A DNA stretch of 45,426 bases from Anthoceros angustus. Its lineage: Eukaryota; Plantae; Anthocerotophyta. Of this stretch, positions 38,672-45,426 are shown piece by piece (within the stretch, counting starts at the first letter, position 1; each line of letters starts with the position of its first letter). Position numbers and translations under genes: made by a program. The stretch is taken from positions 1 through 45,426 of the forward strand of contig VJWM01000350.1 in assembly GCA_010909165.1 (NCBI GenBank). The letters run 5' to 3'. Under the pieces are notes generated by a model. The model had not been told where the DNA came from and did not search any database. It saw only the letters and a list, made by a program, of their open reading frames with translations.

Positions 38672-39560
38672 TCAAATTGTCGACAGATCCCGGTTGAAAA
38701 ACATGACCTTGGTCTTCTTCAAGTTCACTTCCAAATCTCTTGCCGCGGAGAAGCGAGACAATGTGTCTAGTTGCTGTTGGAGGCCCTCAGGAGAATGGGA
38801 CAAAAGAGCAATGTCATCTGCATATAGGAGAATAGCAATATATACCAAGGAGAGGAGGCAGCCAGGGTCCCCAGACTCCGCAATCCAAGACTCCAGCTCA
38901 TCAATGAATAAGCCAAATAAGTTGGGAGAAGATGGATCTCCCTGCCGCACTCCCAAATTGCAAAGCAAATCCAAAAGGTCAAAAGCAGCATAGGGAGTGC
39001 GGATCTTGGCCTTCACCTTTTCATAGAGAACCTGTATGGCATGTAAAAGATGAGTAGGCAACCCCAACCTATGAAACCGGGCAAAGAGCTTCTCGCGGGA
39101 GATAGAGTCGAAAGCTCGCTTGAAATCAACAAAACAGACATAAACATGTCGATCGTCCCTCCGCTCGCTCTTGGCCTCCGAATAATAGCAATGAGTGTGA
39201 AAAGATTATCCCGAGTATTCCGGATGAAACCCAGCCTTGTGCTCGATCCCAGATTCTCGGCCCAAGTAGTAAGAATTTCCAAGCATGCGCTAAAGATCTT
39301 GGCGAAGATGGACTCAACCATGATATACCTGTAGTTGGGCGGGAGCTGTGGGTCACCTGTCTTGAAGATGAAATGGATGTCATTCCAACACCATGCCTCA
39401 GGAAAACCATGGACTAAAGCCTCATTGAACAAAGCAGCTAAGGGAGGGGCAATAACAGTAGGAGCTGCATAAGAGAAAAGTTCTCCAGGGATATCTGCAG
39501 GGTCAGAGGCTCTCCCAGATCTGAGTTTGTTGATAGCTGCCAGAATGAGGTCGAGGCTCT
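38672..39560 (-). pseudogene. LINE ORF2 reverse transcriptase domain, frameshifted as given
   Basis: AINKLRSGRASDPADIPGELF, IFKTGDPQLPPNYRYI, GVRQGDPSSPNLF, LLYADDIALL, LEVNLKKTKVM. Confidence 0.95.
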
Positions 39561-39836
39561 CCCGGATCCCGAGACGACAAGGGGAGCAGATTCCGGAAGA
39601 AGAGAGTTTGCACATACTTGATAAGCTCGAGAGGCCTCCAATAAGATTGTTCGATGAGTGAAACTCCTTCCAAAAAAGCAAGACCACCGGAGATTCTCGA
39701 GAAGCCTCAAGAGGCGATCGCGCTGGGAGGAAAAGAAAGCAGACTTTTTGACAGCAATGAGAGCCTTATAAGGCTTGACAATTGCCTTGTACAGCGGGGA
39801 ATGATGAGACTTGGATGGGACATTGAGAGCACGGAG

Positions 39837-40373
39837 GCACTTATGAGTATGAAAGCGGAGACGTTTGCATTCATCATCAAACCAAGGGTGGCGAGGAGCA
39901 GTGTTGGAGAGCTTGACAGGATGACAAGGTTTAGGGGGAAAGATTTTATGTGCAGAAGATAGCATGGCAGAAGTGAAAGCAGTGGCTTGTTGGGAGAAGG
40001 GAAGGCCAAGAGGAATGGCAGCCAAGGACTTTTTAGAAGAGAGGAGTATTGGGAAGCAAGACGATGGTTGAGGAAAAGTGGACTCTAGAAGACTTGTGGG
40101 ATTGGAGCAGGCACTTATGAGTATGAAAGCGGAGGCGTTTGCATTCATCATCAAACCAAGGGTGGCGAGGAGCGGTGTTGGAGAGCTTGACAGATGACAA
40201 GGTTTAGGGGAAAGATTTTATGTGAGAAGATAGCATGGCGAAGTGGCGTGGCTTGTTGGGAGAAGGGAAGGCCAAGAGGAATGGCCAAGGACTTTTTAGA
40301 AGAGAGGAGTATTGGGAAGCAAGACGATGGTTGAGGAAAAGTGGACTCTAGAAGACTTGTGGGATTGGAGCAG
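39837..40373. repeat. Tandem duplication inside LINE copy 2 (39837-40110 / 40111-40373)
   Basis: gcacttatgagtatgaaagcggag...gattggagcag occurs twice; single in LINE copy 1. Confidence 0.9.
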
Positions 40374-40713
40374 CATCGCTTGTCATAGGATATATGCCAA
40401 GAAATGAAGACATGGTCGACTCAAGAGGCTTGAAGTCGAGACCGCAATTGGTGGTGAAAAGAAAGAAAGGAAGCCTCTCCAATGACGTAATCAAGGACAG
40501 AAGTTGACCAAGGAGCATAGTGGGTAATCCTCTCGCTCCCGTGCCATTGAGGAAGTCCATTGAAAATAATAGGTTGTGCGACTCCAGTTGAGAAGAGCCA
40601 CCAAAAACATTTACAGTGCGGATCATCGGATGTCTCGAGGCCAACCTCAAGATCAAGCGAATAACTTTTGTTGGTCATCCGTTCTTACATTTGTTTCAAG
40701 CAACCTCCATAAT

Positions 40714-41470
40714 AATAGGGTCGAAAAGAGAAAAACCCACCCCAAAGTGAAGACCAAGGCGCCGTAAATAGATTGATAAACATCATGAATGGGACAGAGG
40801 AACACAAAGTGTTCTTGATCTCAACACCCTTGTTGCATAATGCAAAGGACTCCTTTTCTTTGGCTTTGGATGTAGCCATCTATCTCAATCACGACGGTGA
40901 GACCCAACGAAGATGACCGTAATCATCCTCATTAGGCTTGAAAGACACATGGGTGCGAAGATAGAGAGGAACGGGTTTCCCGGACTTGGAAACGATGCGA
41001 AAAAAGCTGCTTGTAGGTCTTGACTTAGTGGGTAAGGGAGAGAGGAGACGGTATGGGACAAATAGGTAGTCAACAACAAAAAGGTAGGCAAATAGGGTCG
41101 AAAAGAGAAAAACCCACCCCAAAGTGAAGACCAAGCTGTCGTAAATAGATTGATAAACATCATGAATGGGACAGAGGAACACAAAGTGTTCTTGATCTCA
41201 ACACCCTTGTTGCATAATGCAAATTCGACTCCTTTTCTTTGGCTTTGGATGTAGCCATCTATCGGTCAATCCCGAGACGGTGAGACCCAACACGAAGATG
41301 ACCGTAATCATCCTCATTAGGCTTGAAAGACACATGGGTGCGAAGATAGAGAGGAAGCACAGTTTCCCGGACTTGGAAACGATGCGAAAAACTGCTTGTA
41401 GGTCTTGACTTAGTGGGTAAGGGAGAGACCGTATGGGACAAATGGGTAGTCAACAACAAAAAGGTAGGCA
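40714..41470. repeat. ~380-bp tandem duplication of spacer (40714-41090 / 41091-41470)
   Basis: Junction ggtaggca|aatagggtcg uses AATAGG microhomology. Confidence 0.85.
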
Positions 41471-42142
41471 AATAGGTAGTCAAATAGGTGGGCATAGCTC
41501 ACCAAACCAAACCAAACCAAACCAAACCAAACCAAACCAAACCAAACCAAACCAAACCAAACCAAACCAAACAAACCAAACCAAACCAAACCAAACCAAA
41601 CCAAACCAAACCAAACCAAACCAAACCAAACCAAACCAAACCAAACCAAACCAAACCAAACCAAACCAAACCAAACCAAACCAAACCAAACCAAACCAAA
41701 CCAAACCAAACCAAACAAACCAAACCAAACCAAACCCTTTTTTGGCACTCTCGGCCTCGCCCAAGTGCCATGATACATCCGCCACGATACACTCTCCAAT
41801 CAACTTCATTCCACCTCATCAATATATAGGCCAAACAAGTTTGAGAAGATGGATTCCATGGCGGACTCCCATATTACAAGGTAAATCCAAGAGGCATGCC
41901 ATGAGGTAGTGCAGTCAAAAGCAGCATGGCGGACTCCCATATTACAAGGTAAATCCAAGAGGCATGCCACGAGGGCACCGATCTCCAAACGAAAACCTAA
42001 TATTCCGGTGAACAAAATCATACTTGGAAGTAATTGTCGTGCATGAAAAGGGCCACCATCCTGCGACCGCCCGCGCGAGAAAAGAGGGCACCGTGACGTG
42101 CGAGGGGCCGCGCGCGGTGTGGAGGGTGGAAGCAATGTGAGG

Positions 42143-42147
42143 TATAT
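42143..42147 (+). promoter_or_regulatory. TATA-like element ~-31 to -27 upstream of 5S (every unit)
   Basis: GAGGTATATGGC at the position known for plant 5S upstream TATA-like boxes. Confidence 0.6.
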
Positions 42148-42173
42148 GGCATGTGCAACAGGAGAAGGAGCGT

Positions 42174-42290
42174 GGTGCGGTCATACCAGGGCAACGACAC
42201 CGGATCCCATCAGAACTCCGCAGTTAAGCGCCCTTGGGCCGGATCAGTACTGGGATGGGTGACCTCCCGGGAAGTCCCGGTGCTGCACCC
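42174..42290 (+). rRNA. 5S rRNA gene (clean 117-nt copy)
   Basis: Same sequence as 10224-10340; followed by TTTTT. Confidence 0.98.
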
Positions 42291-43761
42291 TTTTTCTATA
42301 AAAATTCCTTTTATTTTAAGCTACGCCAGCCTCATAATAGCAGTTAAATTTCATTCTAGTCTCTCTATATATGTGTCGGATCAGTGCCATGACAAAAATC
42401 CGTCCTTAGTGGACTTAAATAAAATTCTTCTTCTTCTTCTTCTTCTTCTAGAGAGTTCTTTGCAAACTCTTCTTTCCCCTTTTCGGTCTCCAATTTTTAT
42501 GCATGCTAACAAGCATAGAACAACGACAATTACTTTATTTAAGTCCACTAAGGACGGATTTCCGTCATGGCACTCATTTGATAGAGTTACACTAAGGGCA
42601 TTATGACAATTAACCGCTATTCGAGTCTCGCTTGAAACTAGTGTGAAGCACAATCAAATATCTGGCGGGTTGAAAAGTTGAATATGTTGCGTTCTTATTT
42701 CCCACATTTGTTTCAAGCAACCTCCGCAATAATAGGGTCGGGAAAAGAGAAAAACCCACCCCAAAGTGAAGACCAAGTCACATTAAATAGATTGATAAAC
42801 ATCATGAATGGGACGGAGGAACACAAAGTGTTCTTGATCTCAACACCCTTGTTGCATAACTGCAAATTCTCCTTTTTGGCTTTGGATGTAGCCATCTATC
42901 GCCTCAATCACGGTGAGACCCAACACGAAGATGACCCGTAATCATCCTCATTAGGCTTGAAAGACACATGGGTGCGAAGATAGAGAGGAAGCAGTTTCCC
43001 GGACTTGGAACGATCGAAAAAGCTTGTAGGTCTTGACAGTGGGTAAGGGAGAGAGGAGACCGGTATGGGACAAATGGGTAGTCAACAACAAAAAGGTAGG
43101 CAAATAGGTAGTCAAATAGGTAGGCATAGCTCACCAAACCAAACCAAACCAAACCAAACCAAACCAACCAAACCAAACCAAACCAAACCAAACCAAACCA
43201 AACCAAACCAAACCAAACCAAACCAAATAAACCAAACCAAACCAAACCAACCAAACCAACCAAACCAACCAAACCAAACCAAACCAAACCAAACCAAACC
43301 AAACCAAACCAAACCAAACCAAACCAAACCAAATAAAAATTCCTTTTATTTTAAGCTACGCCAGTGCCATGATACATCCACGATCTGCACTCTTAATCCA
43401 ACTTCATTCCACCTCATCAATATATAGGCCAAACAAGTTTGGAAGATGGATTCCCATGGCGGACTCCCATATTACAAGGTAAATCCAAGAGGCATGCCAT
43501 GAGGTAGTGCAGTCAAAAGCAGCATGGCGGACTCCCATATTACAAGGTAAATCCAAGAGGCATGCCACGTGATCTCCAAACGAAAACCTAATATTCCGAT
43601 TGAACAAAATCATACTTGGAAGTAATTGTCGTGCATGAAAAGGGCCACCATCCTGCGACCGCCCGCGCGAGAAAAGAGGGGCACCGTGACGTGCGAGGCC
43701 GCGCGCGGTGGAGGTGGAAGCAATGTGTGAGGTATATGGCATGTGCAACAGGAAGGAGCGT

Positions 43762-43877
43762 GGCGCGGTCATACCAGGGCAACGACACCGGATCCCATCA
43801 GAACTCCGCAGTTAAGCGCCCTTGGGCCGGATCAGTATTGGGATGGGTGACCTCCCGGGAAGTCCCGTGCTGCACCC
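43762..43877 (+). rRNA. 5S rRNA gene (a few substitutions)
   Basis: GGCGCGGTCATACC...GCTGCACCC followed by TTTTT. Confidence 0.93.
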
Positions 43878-44850
43878 TTTTTCTATAAAAATTCCTTTTA
43901 TTTTAAGCTACGCCAGCCTCATAATAGCAGTTAAATTTCATTCTAGTCTCTCTATATATGTGTCGGATCAGTGCCATGACAAAATCCGTCCTTAGTGGAC
44001 TTAAATAAAAATTCTTCTTCTTCTTCTTCTTCTTCTAGAGAGAGTTCTTTGCAAACTCTTCTTTCCCCTTTTCGGTCTCCAATTTTTATGCATGCTGCTA
44101 TAGAACAACGACAATTACTTTATTTAAGTCCACTAAGGACGGATTTCCGTCATGGCACTCATTTGATAGAGTTACACTAAGGGCATTATGACAATTAACC
44201 GCTATTCGAGTCTCGCTTGAAACTAGTCTGTGAAGCACAATCAAATATCCGGCAGTTGAAAAGTTGAATATGTTGCGTTCTTATTTCCCACATTTGTTTC
44301 AAGCAACCTCCGCAATAATAGGGAAAAGAGAAGAAAAACCCACCCCAAAGTGAAGACCAAGGTCAGAATAGATTGATAAACATCATGAATGGGACGGAGG
44401 AACACAAAGTGTTCTTGATCTCAACACCCTTGTTGCATAATGCAAATTGGACTCCTTTTTGGCTTTGGATGTAGCCATCTATCGCCTCAATCCCGAGACG
44501 GTGAGACCCAACACGAAGATGACCCATAATCATCCTCATTAGGCTTGAAAGACACATGGGTGCGAAGATAGAGGAAGCGGGTTTCCCGGACTTGGAACGA
44601 TGAAAACTGCTTGTAGGTCTTCGACTTAGTGGGTAAGGGAGAGACCAGATTAGGACAAATAGGTAGTCAACAACAAAAAGGTAGGCAAATAGGTAGTCAA
44701 ATAGGTAGGCATAGCTCACCAAACCAAACCAAACCAAACCAAACCAAACCAAACCAAACCAAACTAAACCAAACCAAACCAAACCAAACCAAACCAAACC
44801 AAACCAAACCAAACCAAACCAAACCAAACCAAACCAAACTAAACCAAACT

Positions 44851-45426
44851 AAACCAAAAAAAAATAAAAGGAATTTTTATTTAAGTCCACTAAGGACGGA
44901 TTTTGTCATGGCACTGATCCGACACATATAGAGACTAGAATGAAATTTAAGCTATTATGAGGCTGGCGTAGCTTAAATAAAAGGAATTTTTATTTAAGTC
45001 CACTAAGGACGGATTTTGTCATGGCACTTGGGCGAGGCCGCGCGCGGCCCTCGCACGTCACGGTGCCCCTCGTGGCATGCCTCTTGGATTTACCTTGTAA
45101 TATGGGAGTCCGCCATGCTGCTTTTGACTGCACTACCTCATGGCATGCCTCTTGGATTTACCTAGCAATATGGTAGTGCCATGACAAAATCCGTCCTTAG
45201 TGGACTTAAATAAAGTAAATTGTCGTGCATGAAAAGGGCCACCATCCTGCGACCGCCGCGCGAGAAAAGAGGGGCACCGTGACGTGCGAGGCCGTAGAGT
45301 GCCAAAAAAGGGGTTTGGTTGGTTTGGTGGTTTGGTGGTTTGGTGAGCTATGCCTACCTATTTGCCTACCTATTTGCCTACCTATTTGCCTACCTATTTG
45401 CCTACCTATTTGCCTACCTATTTGCC
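44851..45426. other. Patchwork of short unit fragments in both orientations; probable consensus or correction artefact
   Basis: Pieces joined at shared short k-mers (catggcac, ttttattt, gtgccatga); ends in a looping (GCCTACCTATTT)n. Confidence 0.75.

Larger units (their letters stand above)
37488..40681 (-). mobile_element. LINE copy 2, 5'-truncated within the endonuclease, with intact 3' end and (TTC)n tail
   Basis: In order: EN C-terminus, linker, RT, YAAEFWG region, CCHC knuckle, 3'UTR with AATAAA and (TTC)~5. Confidence 0.93.
40682..44850 (+). repeat. Inverted block of 5S rDNA units
   Basis: Reverse complement of the main unit; (AAACC)n tracts at ~41501, ~43133 and ~44718. Confidence 0.95.

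Noticed and set aside
38382-39334. Plus-strand ORFs of 203 aa and 94 aa
   Set aside because: Antisense shadows of the LINE RT region with no recognisable motifs.
37488-44850. Fold-back (palindromic) read artefact explaining the inversion
   Set aside because: The sequence is not mirrored around a centre: the LINE is single and the inverted units have their own consistent variants.
2241-44931. Many ORFs with (WFGLV)n or (NQTKP)n
   Set aside because: These are translations of the stop-free (GGTTT)n microsatellite, not genes.

Overview
Eukaryotic (land-plant, probably seed-free and hornwort-like) nuclear 5S rDNA tandem array, seen in a noisy long-read-type sequence with many homopolymer indels and patchwork segments. 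About 1.9-37.5 kb is a head-to-tail array of ~1.5-1.65 kb units (two units ~2.08 kb) with 5S genes on the minus strand. About 40.7-44.9 kb is an inverted block of the same unit with 5S on the plus strand. Two 5'-truncated copies of one APE-endonuclease/RT/CCHC LINE family (RTE/RTEX-like, (TTC)n tail) are present at 1-~1907 and 37488-40681. Each abuts a broken 5S gene at about nt 23-35, in the same sense as the gene, which suggests a 5S-rRNA-gene-targeting LINE. The 5S spacer is itself mostly made of decayed pieces of that LINE family: an RT fragment, the zinc-knuckle/3'UTR, and a second tail-to-tail 3' end with a (TTC)n tail just behind the 5S terminator, which gives every unit a SINE3-like architecture. 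A (GGTTT)n microsatellite and a 12-bp minisatellite fill the rest. No intact protein-coding gene is present, and the WFGLV/NQTKP ORFs are microsatellite translations.
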